Assembly: GCF_009914755.1 (NCBI RefSeq)
Contig: NC_060942.1
DNA from: the human T2T-CHM13v2.0 reference genome, Homo sapiens
Direction: 5' to 3' (one strand)
DNA: 64,000 nt
This document shows positions 12,984-25,400 of this stretch, piece after piece (within the stretch, counting starts at the first letter, position 1; each line of letters begins with the position of its first letter). The notes below the pieces were generated by a model, which was given only the letters and a program-made list of their open reading frames with translations, was not told the DNA's origin and did not search any database. A program made the translations under genes and the position numbers.

Positions 12984-15693
12984 CATTCTCAGAAACTAGT
13001 TTCTGATGTGTGTCCTCAACTAACACAGTTGAACATTTCTTTAGACAGAACAGTTTTGAAACTCTCTTTTTGTGGAATCTGCAAGTGGCTATTTGGCTAG
13101 ATTTGAGGATTTCGTTGGAAACGGGATTACATATAAAAAGCAGACAGCAGCATTCTCAGAAAGTTCTTTGTGATGATTGCATTCAAGTCACAGAATTGAA
13201 CATTCCCTTTCACAGAGCAGGCTTGAAACACTCTTTTTGTAGTGTGTGTAAGTGGACATTTGGAGCACTTTCCGGCCTAAGGTGAGAAAGGAAATATCTT
13301 CCCATAAAAACTAGACAGAAGCATTCTCAGAAACTTACTCGTGATGTGTGTCCTCAACTAAAGGAGTAGAACCTTTCTTTCATAGAGAAGTTTTGAAACG
13401 CTCTTTTTGTGGAATCTGCAAGTGGATATTTGGCTAGTTTGGAGGATTTCGTTGGAAGCGGGAATTCATACAAATTGCAGACTGCAGCGTTCTGAGAAAC
13501 ATCTTTGTGATGTTTGTATTCAGGACACAGAGTTGAACATTCCCTATCATAGAGCAGGTTGGAATCACTCCTTTTGTAGTATCTGGAAGTGGACATTTGG
13601 AGCGCTTTCAGGCCTACGTTGGAAAAGGAAATATCTTCCCATAACAACTAGACAGAAGCATTCTCAGAAACTAGTTTCTGATGTGTGTCCTCAACTAACA
13701 CAGTTGAACATTTCTTTAGACAGAACAGTTTTGAAACACTCTTTTTGTGGAATCTGCAAGTGGCTATTTGGCTAGATTTGAGGATTTCGTTGGAAACGGG
13801 ATTACATATAAAAAGCAGACAGCAGCATTCTCAGAAAGTTCTTTGTGATGATTGCATTCAAGTCACAGAATTGAACATTCCCTTTCACAGAGCAGGTTTG
13901 AAACACTCTTTTTGTAGTGTGTGTAAGTGGACATTTGGAGCACTTTCCGGCCTAAGGTGAAAAAGGAAATATCTTCCCATAAAAACTAGACAGAAGCACT
14001 CTCAGAAACTTACTCGTGATGTGTGTCCTCAACTAAAGGAGTAGAACCTTTCTTTTCATAGAGAAGTTTTGAAACGCTCTTTTTGTGGAATCTGCAAGTG
14101 GATATTTGGCTAGTTTGGAGGATTTCGTTGGAAGCGGGAATTCATACAAATTGCAGACTGCAGCGTTCTGAGAAACATCTTTGTGATGTTTGTATTCAGG
14201 ACACAGAGTTGAACATTCCCTATCATAGAGCAGGTTTGAATCACTCCTTTTGTAGTATCTGGAAGTGGACATTTGGAGCGCTTTCAGGCCTATGTTGGAA
14301 AAGGAAATATCTTCCCATAACAACTAGACAGAAGCATTCTCAGAAACTTATTTGAGATGTGTGTACTCAACTAAGAGAATTGAACCACCGTTTTGAAGGA
14401 GCAGTTTTGAAACACTCTTTTTCTGGAATCTGCAAGTGGATATTTGGCTAGCTTTGGGGATTTCGCTGGAAGCGGGAATACATATAAAAAGCACACAGCA
14501 GCGTTCTGAGAAACTGCTTTCTGATGTTTGCATTCAAGTCAAAAGTTGAACACTCCCTTTCATAGTGCAGTCCTGAAACACTCCTTTTGTAGTATCTGGA
14601 ACTGGACTTTTGGAGCGCTTTCAGGGCTAAGGTGAAAAAGGAAATATCTTCCCATAAAAACTGGACAGAAGCATTCTCAGAAACTTGTTTATGCTGTATC
14701 TACTCAACTAACAAAGTTGAACCTTTCTTTTGATAGAGCAGTTTTGAAATGCTCTTTTTGTGGAATCTGCAAGTGGATATTTGGCTAGTTTTGAGGATTT
14801 CGTTGGAAGCGGGAATTCATACAAATTGCAGACTGCAGCGTTCTGAGAAACATCTTTGTGATGTTTGTATTCAGGACAGAGAGTTGAACATTCCCTATCA
14901 TAGAGCAGGTTGGAATCACTCCTTTTGTAGTATCTGGAAGTGGACATTTGGAGCGCTTTCAGGCCTATGTTGAAAAAGGAAATATCTTCCCATAACAACT
15001 AGACACAAGCATTCTCAGAAACTTGTTTGTGATGTGTGCCCTCTACTGACAGAGTTGAACCTTTCTTTTCATAGAGCAGTTTTGAAACACTCTTTTTGTA
15101 GAATCTGCAAGAGGATATTTGCATAGCTTTGAGGATTTCGTGGGAAACGGGATTGTCTTCAGGTAAAATCTAGACAGAAGCATTCTCAGAAACTTCTTTG
15201 GGATGTTTGCATTCAAGTCACAGAGTAGAACATTCCCTTTGGTAGAGCAGGTTTGAAACACTCTTTTTGTAGTATCTGGAAGTGGACATTTGGAGCGCTT
15301 TCAGGCCTATGTTGGAAAGGGAAATATCTTCCCGTAACAACTAGGCAGAAGCATTCTCAGAAACTTATTTGAGATGTGTGTACTCAACTAAGAGAATTGA
15401 ACCACCGTTTTGAAGGAGCAGTTTTGAAACACTCTTTTTCTGGAATCTGCAAGAGGATATTTGCCTAGCCTTGAGGATTTCGTTGGAAACGGGATTGTCT
15501 TCAGATCAAATCTAGACAGAAGCATTCTCAGAAACTTCTTTGGGATGTTTGCATTCAAGTCACAGAGTAGAACATTCCCTTTGGTAGAGCAGGTTTGAAA
15601 CACTCTTTTTTTAGTATATGGAAGTGGACATTTGGAGCGCTTTCAGGCCTACGTTGGAAAAGGAAATATCTTCCCATAACAACTAGACAGAAG
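12984..15693 (+). repeat. 16-mer HOR variant type 1
   Basis: A at 12984 and 13659. Confidence 0.93.
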
Positions 15694-18600
15694 CATTCTC
15701 AGAAACTAGTTTCTGATGTGTGTCCTCAACTAACACAGTTGAACATTTCTTTAGACAGAACAGTTTTGAAACTCTCTTTTTGTGGAATCTGCAAGTGGCT
15801 ATTTGGCTAGATTTGAGGATTTCGTTGGAAACGGGATTACATATAAAAAGCAGACAGCAGCATTCTCAGAAAGTTCTTTGTGATGATTGCATTCAAGTCA
15901 CAGAATTGAACATTCCCTTTCACAGAGCAGGCTTGAAACACTCTTTTTGTAGTGTGTGTAAGTGGACATTTGGAGCACTTTCCGGCCTAAGGTGAGAAAG
16001 GAAATATCTTCCCATAAAAACTAGACAGAAGCATTCTCAGAAACTTACTCGTGATGTGTGTCCTCAACTAAAGGAGTAGAACCTTTCTTTTCATAGAGAA
16101 GTTTTGAAACGCTCTTTTTGTGGAATCTGCAAGTGGATATTTGGCTAGTTTGGAGGATTTCGTTGGAAGCGGGAATTCATACAAATTGCAGACTGCAGCG
16201 TTCTGAGAAACATCTTTGTGATGTTTGTATTCAGGACACAGAGTTGAACATTCCCTATCATAGAGCAGGTTGGAATCACTCCTTTTGTAGTATCTGGAAG
16301 TGGACATTTGGAGCGCTTTCAGGCCTATGTTGGAAAAGGAAATATCTTCCCATAACAACTAGACAGAAGCATTCTCAGAAACTTATTTGAGATGTGTGTA
16401 CTCAACTAAGAGAATTGAACCACCGTTTTGAAGGAGCAGTTTTGAAACACTCTTTTTCTGGAATCTGCAAGTGGATATTTGGCTAGCTTTGGGGATTTCG
16501 CTGGAGGCGGGAATACATATAAAAAGCACACAGCAGCGTTCTGAGAAACTGCTTTCTGATGTTTGCATTCAAGTCAAAAGTTGAACACTCCCTTTCATAG
16601 TGCAGTCTGAAACACTCCTTTTGTAGTATCTGGAACTGGACTTTTGGAGCGCTTTCAGGGCTAAGGTGAAAAAGGAAATATCTTCCCATAAAAACTGGAC
16701 AGAAGCATTCTCAGAAACTTGTTTATGCTGTATCTACTCAACTAACAAAGTTGAACCTTTCTTTTGATAGAGCAGTTTTGAAATGCTCTTTTTGTGGAAT
16801 CTGCAAGTGGATATTTGGCTAGTTTTGAGGATTTCGTTGGAAGCGGGAATTCATACAAATTGCAGACTGCAGCGTTCTGAGAAACATCTTTGTGATGTTT
16901 GTATTCAGGACAGAGAGTTGAACATTCCCTATCATAGAGCAGGTTGGAATCACTCCTTTTGTAGTATCTGGAAGTGGACATTTGGAGCGCTTTCAGGCCT
17001 ATGTTGAAAAAGGAAATATCTTCCCATAACAACTAGACACAAGCATTCTCAGAAACTTGTTTGTGATGTGTGCCCTCTACTGACAGAGTTGAACCTTTCT
17101 TTTCATAGAGCAGTTTTGAAACACTCTTTTTGTAGAATCTGCAAGAGGATATTTGCATAGCTTTGAGGATTTCGTGGGAAACGGGATTGTCTTCAGGTAA
17201 AATCTAGACAGAAGCATTCTCAGAAACTTCTTTGGGATGTTTGCATTCAAGTCACAGAGTAGAACATTCCCTTTGGTAGAGCAGGTTTGAAACACTCTTT
17301 TTGTAGTATCTGGAAGTGGACATTTGGAGCGCTTTCAGGCCTATGTTGGAAAGGGAAATATCTTCCCGTAACAACTAGGCAGAAGCATTCTCAGAAACTT
17401 ATTTGAGATGTGTGTACTCAACTAAGAGAATTGAACCACCGTTTTGAAGGAGCAGTTTTGAAACACTCTTTTTCTGGAATCTGCAAGAGGATATTTGCCT
17501 AGCCTTGAGGATTTCGTTGGAAACGGGATTGTCTTCAGATCAAATCTAGACAGAAGCATTCTCAGAAACTTCTTTGGGATGTTTGCATTCAAGTCACAGA
17601 GTAGAACATTCCCTTTGGTAGAGCAGGTTTGAAACACTCTTTTTTTAGTATATGGAAGTGGACATTTGGAGCGCTTTCAGGCCTACGTTGGAAAAGGAAA
17701 TATCTTCCCATAACAACTAGACAGAAGCATTCTCAGAAACTAGTTTCTGATGTGTGTCCTCAACTAACACAGTTGAACATTTCTTTAGACAGAACAGTTT
17801 TGAAACTCTCTTTTTGTGGAATCTGCAAGTGGCTATTTGGCTAGATTTGAGGATTTCGTTGGAAACGGGATTACATATAAAAAGCAGACAGCAGCATTCT
17901 CAGAAAGTTCTTTGTGATGATTGCATTCAAGTCACAGAATTGAACATTCCCTTTCACAGAGCAGGTTTGAAACACTCTTTTTATAGTGTGTGTAAGTGGA
18001 CATTTGGAGCACTTTCCCGCCTAAGGTGAAAAAGGAAATATCTTCCCATAAAAACTAGACAGAAGCATTCTCAGAAACTTACTCGTGATGTGTGTCCTCA
18101 ACTAAAGGAGTAGAACCTTTCTTTTCATAGAGAAGTTTTGAAACGCTCTTTTTGTGGAATCTGCAAGTGGATATTTGGCTAGTTTGGAGGATTTCGTTGG
18201 AAGCGGGAATTCATACAAATTGCAGACTGCAGCGTTCTGAGAAACATCTTTGTGATGTTTGTATTCAGGACACAGAGTTGAACATTCCCTATCATAGAGC
18301 AGGTTGGAATCACTCCTTTTGTAGTATCTGGAAGTGGACATTTGGAGCGCTTTCAGGCCTATGTTGGAAAAGGAAATATCTTCCCATAACAACTAGACAG
18401 AAGCATTCTCAGAAACTTATTTGAGATGTGTGTACTCAACTAAGAGAATTGAACCACCGTTTTGAAGGAGCAGTTTTGAAACACTCTTTTTCTGGAATCT
18501 GCAAGTGGATATTTGGCTAGCTTTGGGGATTTCGCTGGAGGCGGGAATACATATAAAAAGCACACAGCAGCGTTCTGAGAAACTGCTTTCTGATGTTTGC

Positions 18601-19762
18601 ATTCAAGTCAAAAGTTGAACACTCCCTTTCATAGAGCAGTCCTGAAACACTCCTTTTGTAGTATCTGGAACTGGACTTTTGGAGCGCTTTCAGGGCTAAG
18701 GTGAAAAAGGAAATATCTTCCCATAAAAACTGGACAGAAGCATTCTCAGAAACTTGTTTATGCTGTATCTACTCAACTAACAAAGTTGAACCTTTCTTTT
18801 GATAGAGCAGTTTTGAAATGCTCTTTTTGTGGAATCTGCAAGTGGATATTTGGCTAGTTTTGAGGATTTCGTTGGAAGCGGGAATTCATACAAATTGCAG
18901 ACTGCAGCGTTCTGAGAAACATCTTTGTGATGTTTGTATTCAGGACAGAGAGTTGAACATTCCCTATCATAGAGCAGGTTGGAATCACTCCTTTTGTAGT
19001 ATCTGGAAGTGGACATTTGGAGCGCTTTCTGGCCTATGTTGAAAAAGGAAATATCTTCCCATAACAGCTAGACACAAGCATTCTCAGAAACTTGTTTGTG
19101 ATGTGTGCCCTCTACTGACAGAGTTGAACCTTTCTTTTCATAGAGCAGTTTTGAAACACTCTTTTTGTAGAATCTGCAAGAGGATATTTGCATAGCTTTG
19201 AGGATTTCGTGGGAAACGGGATTGTCTTCAGGTAAAATCTAGACAGAAGCATTCTCAGAAACTTCTTTGGGATGTTTGCATTCAAGTCACAGAGTAGAAC
19301 ATTCCCTTTGGTAGAGCAGGTTTGAAACACTCTTTTTGTAGTATCTGGAAGTGGACATTTGGAGCGCTTTCAGGCCTATGTTGGAAAGGGAAATATCTTC
19401 CGGTAACAACTAGGCAGAAGCATTCTCAGAAACTTATTTGAGATGTGTGTACTCAACTAAGAGAATTGAACCACCGTTTTGAAGGAGCAGTTTTGAAACA
19501 CTCTTTTTCTGGAATCTGCAAGAGGATATTTGCCTAGCTTTGAGGATTTCGTTGGAAACGGGATTGTGTTCAGATCAAATCTAGACAGAAGCATTCTCAG
19601 AAACTTCTTTGGGATGTTTGCATTCAAGTCACAGAGTAGAACATTCCCTTTGGTAGAGCAGGTGTGAAACACTCTTTTTTTAGTATATGGAAGTGGACAT
19701 TTGGAGCGCTTTCAGGCCTACGTTGGAAAACGAAATATCTTCCCATAACAACTAGACAGAAG
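15694..19762 (+). repeat. Two 12-mer HORs (15694, 17728)
   Basis: Spacing 2034 and 2035 bp. Confidence 0.92.
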
Positions 19763-22472
19763 CATTCTCAGAAACTAGTTTCTGATGTGTGTCCTCAACT
19801 AACACAGTTGAACATTTCTTTAGACAGAACAGTTTTGAAACTCTCTTTTTGTGGAATCTGCAAGTGGCTATTTGGCTAGATTTGAGGATTTCGTTGGAAA
19901 CGGGATTACATATAAAAAGCAGACAGCATCATTCTCAGAAAGTTCTTTGTGATGATTGCATTCAAGTCACAGAATTGAACATTCCCTTTCACAGAGCAGG
20001 TTTGAAACACTCTTTTTGTAGTGTGTGTAAGTGGACATTTGGAGCACTTTCCGGCCTAAGGTGAGAAAGGAAATATCTTCCCATAAAAACTAGACAGAAG
20101 CATTCTCAGAAACTTACTCGTGATGTGTGTCCTCAACTAAAGGAGTAGAACCTTTCTTTCATAGAGAAGTTTTGAAACGCTCTTTTTGTGGAATCTGCAA
20201 GTGGATATTTGGCTAGTTTGGAGGATTTCGTTGGAAGCGGGAATTCATACAAATTGCAGACTGCAGCGTTCTGAGAAACATCTTTGTGATGTTTGTATTC
20301 AGGACACAGAGTTGAACATTCCCTATCATAGAGCAGGTTGGAATCACTCCTTTTGTAGTATCTGGAAGTGGACATTTGGAGCGCTTTCAGGCCTACGTTG
20401 GAAAAGGAAATATCTTCCCATAACAACTAGACAGAAGCATTCTCAGAAACTAGTTTCTGATGTGTGTCCTCAACTAACACAGTTGAACATTTCTTTAGAC
20501 AGAACAGTTTTGAAACACTCTTTTTGTGGAATCTGCAAGTGGCTATTTGGCTAGATTTGAGGATTTCGTTGGAAACGGGATTACATATAAAAAGCAGACA
20601 GCAGCATTCTCAGAAAGTTCTTTGTGATGATTGCATTCAAGTCACAGAATTGAACATTCCCTTTCACAGAGCAGGTTTGAAACACTCTTTTTGTAGTGTG
20701 TGTAAGTGGACATTTGGAGCACTTTCCGGCCTAAGGTGAAAAAGGAAATATCTTCCCATAAAAACTAGACAGAAGCAATCTCAGAAACTTACTCGTGATG
20801 TGTGTCCTCAACTAAAGGAGTAGAACCTTTCTTTTCATAGAGAAGTTTTGAAACGCTCTTTTTGTGGAATCTGCAAGTGGATATTTGGCTAGTTTGGAGG
20901 ATTTCGTTGGAAGCGGGAATTCATACAAATTGCAGACTGCAGCGTTCTGAGAAACATCTTTGTGATGTTTGTATTCAGGACACAGAGTTGAACATTCCCT
21001 ATCATAGAGCAGGTTTGAATCACTCCTTTTGTAGTATCTGGAAGTGGACATTTGGAGCGCTTTCAGGCCTATGTTGGAAAAGGAAATATCTTCCCATAAC
21101 AACTAGACAGAAGCATTCTCAGAAACTTATTTGAGATGTGTGTACTCAACTAAGAGAATTGAACCACCGTTTTGAAGGAGCAGTTTTGAAACACTCTTTT
21201 TCTGGAATCTGCAAGTGGATATTTGGCTAGCTTTGGGGATTTCGCTGCAAGCGGGAATACATATAAAAAGCACACAGCAGCGTTCTGAGAAACTGCTTTC
21301 TGATGTTTGCATTCAAGTCAAAAGTTGAACACTCCCTTTCATAGTGCAGTCCTGAAACACTCCTTTTGTAGTATCTGGAACTGGACTTTTGGAGCGCTTT
21401 CAGGGCTAAGGTGAAAAAGGAAATATCTTCCCATAAAAACTGGACAGAAGCATTCTCAGAAACTTGTTTATGCTGTATCTACTCAACTAACAAAGTTGAA
21501 CCTTTCTTTTGATAGAGCAGTTTTGAAATGCTCTTTTTGTGGAATCTGCAAGTGGATATTTGGCTAGTTTTGAGGATTTCGTTGGAAGCGGGAATTCATA
21601 CAAATTGCAGACTGCAGCGTTCTGAGAAACATCTTTGTGATGTTTGTATTCAGGACAGAGAGTTGAACATTCCCTATCATAGAGCAGGTTGGAATCACTC
21701 CTTTTGTAGTATCTGGAAGTGGACATTTGGAGCGCTTTCAGGCCTATGTTGAAAAAGGAAATATTTTCCCATAACAACTAGACACAAGCATTCTCAGAAA
21801 CTTGTTTGTGATGTGTGCCATCTACTGACAGAGTTGAACCTTTCTTTTCATAGAGCAGTTTTGAAACACTCTTTTTGTAGAATCTGCAAGAGGATATTTG
21901 CATAGCTTTGAGGATTTCGTGGGAAACGGGATTGTCTTCAGGTAAAATCTAGACAGAAGCATTCTCAGAAACTTCTTTGAGAGGTTTGCATTCAAGTCAC
22001 AGAGTAGAACATTCCCTTTGGTAGAGCAGGTTTGAAACACTCTTTTTGTAGTATCTGGAAGTGGACATTTGGAGCGCTTTCAGGCCTATGTTGGAAAGGG
22101 AAATATCTTCCCGTAACAACTAGGCAGAAGCATTCTCAGAAACTTATTTGAGATGTGTGTACTCAACTAAGAGAATTGAACCACCGTTTTGAAGGAGCAG
22201 TTTTGAAACACTCTTTTTCTGGAATCTGCAAGAGGATATTTGCCTAGCCTTGAGGATTTCGTTGGAAACGGGATTGTCTTCAGATCAAATCTAGACAGAA
22301 GCATTCTCAGAAACTTCTTTGGGATGTTTGCATTCAAGTCACAGAGTAGAACATTCCCTTTGGTAGAGCAGGTTTGAAACACTCTTTTTTTAGTATATGG
22401 AAGTGGACATTTGGAGCGCTTTCAGGCCTACGTTGGAAAAGGAAATATCTTCCCATAACAACTAGACAGAAG
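19763..22472 (+). repeat. 16-mer HOR variant type 1
   Basis: A at 19763 and 20438. Confidence 0.93.
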
Positions 22473-25400
22473 CATTCTCAGAAACTAGTTTCTGATGTGT
22501 GTCCTCAACTAACACAGTTGAACATTTCTTTAGACAGAACAGTTTTGAAACTCTCTTTTTGTGGAATCTGCAAGTGGCTATTTGGCTAGATTTGAGGATT
22601 TCGTTGGAAACGGGATTACATATAAAAAGCAGACAGCAGCATTCTCAGAAAGTTCTTTGTGATGATTGCATTCAAGTCACAGAATTGAACATTCCCTTTC
22701 ACAGAGCAGGTTTGAAACACTCTTTTTATAGTGTGTGTAAGTGGACATTTGGAGCACTTTCCGGCCTAAGGTGAAAAAGGAAATATCTTCCCATAAAAAC
22801 TAGACAGAAGCATTCTCAGAAACTTACTCGTGATGTGTGTCCTCAACTAAAGGAGTAGAACCTTTCTTTTCATAGAGAAGTTTTGAAACGCTCTTTTTGT
22901 GGAATCTGCAAGTGGATATTTGGCTAGTTTGGAGGATTTCGTTGGAAGCGGGAATTCATACAAATTGCAGACTGCAGCGTTCTGAGAAACATCTTTGTGA
23001 TGTTTGTATTCAGGACACAGAGTTGAACATTCCCTATCATAGAGCAGGTTGGAATCACTCCTTTTGTAGTATCTGGAAGTGGACATTTGGAGCGCTTTCA
23101 GGCCTATGTTGGAAAAGGAAATATCTTCCCATAACAACTAGACAGAAGCATTCTCAGAAACTTATTTGAGATGTGTGTACTCAACTAAGAGAATTGAACC
23201 ACCGTTTTGAAGGAGCAGTTTTGAAACACTCTTTTTCTGGAATCTGCAAGTGGATATTTGGCTAGCTTTGGGGATTTCGCTGGAGGCGGGAATACATATA
23301 AAAAGCACACAGCAGCGTTCTGAGAAACTGCTTTCTGATGTTTGCATTCAAGTCAAAAGTTGAACACTCCCTTTCATAGTGCAGTCTGAAACACTCCTTT
23401 TGTAGTATCTGGAACTGGACTTTTGGAGCGCTTTCAGGGCTAAGGTGAAAAAGGAAATATCTTCCCATAAAAACTGGACAGAAGCATTCTCAGAAACTTG
23501 TTTATGCTGTATCTACTCAACTAACAAAGTTGAACCTTTCTTTTGATAGAGCAGTTTTGAAATGCTCTTTTTGTGGAATCTGCAAGTGGATATTTGGCTA
23601 GTTTTGAGGATTTCGTTGGAAGCGGGAATTCATACAAATTGCAGACTGCAGCGTTCTGAGAAACATCTTTGTGATGTTTGTATTCAGGACAGAGAGTTGA
23701 ACATTCCCTATCATAGAGCAGGTTGGAATCACTCCTTTTGTAGTATCTGGAAGTGGACATTTGGAGCGCTTTCAGGCCTATGTTGAAAAAGGAAATATCT
23801 TCCCATAACAACTAGACACAAGCATTCTCAGAAACTTGTTTGTGATGTGTGCCCTCTACTGACAGAGTTGAACCTTTCTTTTCATAGAGCAGTTTTGAAA
23901 CACTCTTTTTGTAGAATCTGCAAGAGGATATTTGCATAGCTTTGAGGATTTCGTGGGAAACGGGATTGTCTTCAGGTAAAATCTAGACAGAAGCATTCTC
24001 AGAAACTTCTTTGGGATGTTTGCATTCAAGTCACAGAGTAGAACATTCCCTTTGGTAGAGCAGGTTTGAAACACTCTTTTTGTAGTATCTGGAAGTGGAC
24101 ATTTGGAGCGCTTTCAGGCCTATGTTGGAAAGGGAAATATCTTCCGGTAACAACTAGGCAGAAGCATTCTCAGAAACTTATTTGAGATGTGTGTACTCAA
24201 CTAAGAGAATTGAACCACCGTTTTGAAGGAGCAGTTTTGAAACACTCTTTTTCTGGAATCTGCAAGAGGATATTTGCCTAGCCTTGAGGATTTCGTTGGA
24301 AACGGGATTGTCTTCAGATCAAATCTAGACAGAAGCATTCTCAGAAACTTCTTTGGGATGTTTGCATTCAAGTCACAGAGTAGAACATTCCCTTTGGTAG
24401 AGCAGGTTTGAAACACTCTTTTTTTAGTATATGGAAGTGGACATTTGGAGCGCTTTCAGGCCTACGTTGGAAAAGGAAATATCTTCCCATAACAACTAGA
24501 CAGAAGCATTCTCAGAAACTAGTTTCTGATGTGTGTCCTCAACTAACACAGTTGAACATTTCTTTAGACAGAACAGTTTTGAAACTCTCTTTTTGTGGAA
24601 TCTGCAAGTGGCTATTTGGCTAGATTTGAGGATTTCGTTGGAAACGGGATTACATATAAAAAGCAGACAACAGCATTCTCAGAAAGTTCTTTGTGATGAT
24701 TGCATTCAAGTCACAGAATTGAACATTCCCTTTCACAGAGCAGGTTTGAAACACTCTTTTTATAGTGTGTGTAAGTGGACATTTGGAGCACTTTCCGGCC
24801 TAAGGTGAAAAAGGAAATATCTTCCCATAAAAACTAGACAGAAGCATTCTCAGAAACTTACTCGTGATGTGTGTCCTCAACTAAAGGAGTAGAACCTTTC
24901 TTTTCATAGAGAAGTTTTGAAACGCTCTTTTTGTGGAATCTGCAAGTGGATATTTGGCTAGTTTGGAGGATTTCGTTGGAAGCGGGAATTCATACAAATT
25001 GCAGACTGCAGCGTTCTGAGAAACATCTTTGTGATGTTTGTATTCAGGACACAGAGTTGAACATTCCCTATCATAGAGCAGGTTGGAATCACTCCTTTTG
25101 TAGTATCTGGAAGTGGACATTTGGAGCGCTTTCAGGCCTATGTTGGAAAAGGAAATATCTTCCCATAACAACTAGACAGAAGCATTCTCAGAAACTTATT
25201 TGAGATGTGTGTACTCAACTAAGAGAATTGAACCACCGTTTTGAAGGAGCAGTTTTGAAACACTCTTTTTCTGGAATCTGCAAGTGGATATTTGGCTAGC
25301 TTTGGGGATTTCGCTGGAGGCGGGAATACATATAAAAAGCACACAGCAGCGTTCTGAGAAACTGCTTTCTGATGTTTGCATTCAAGTCAAAAGTTGAACA

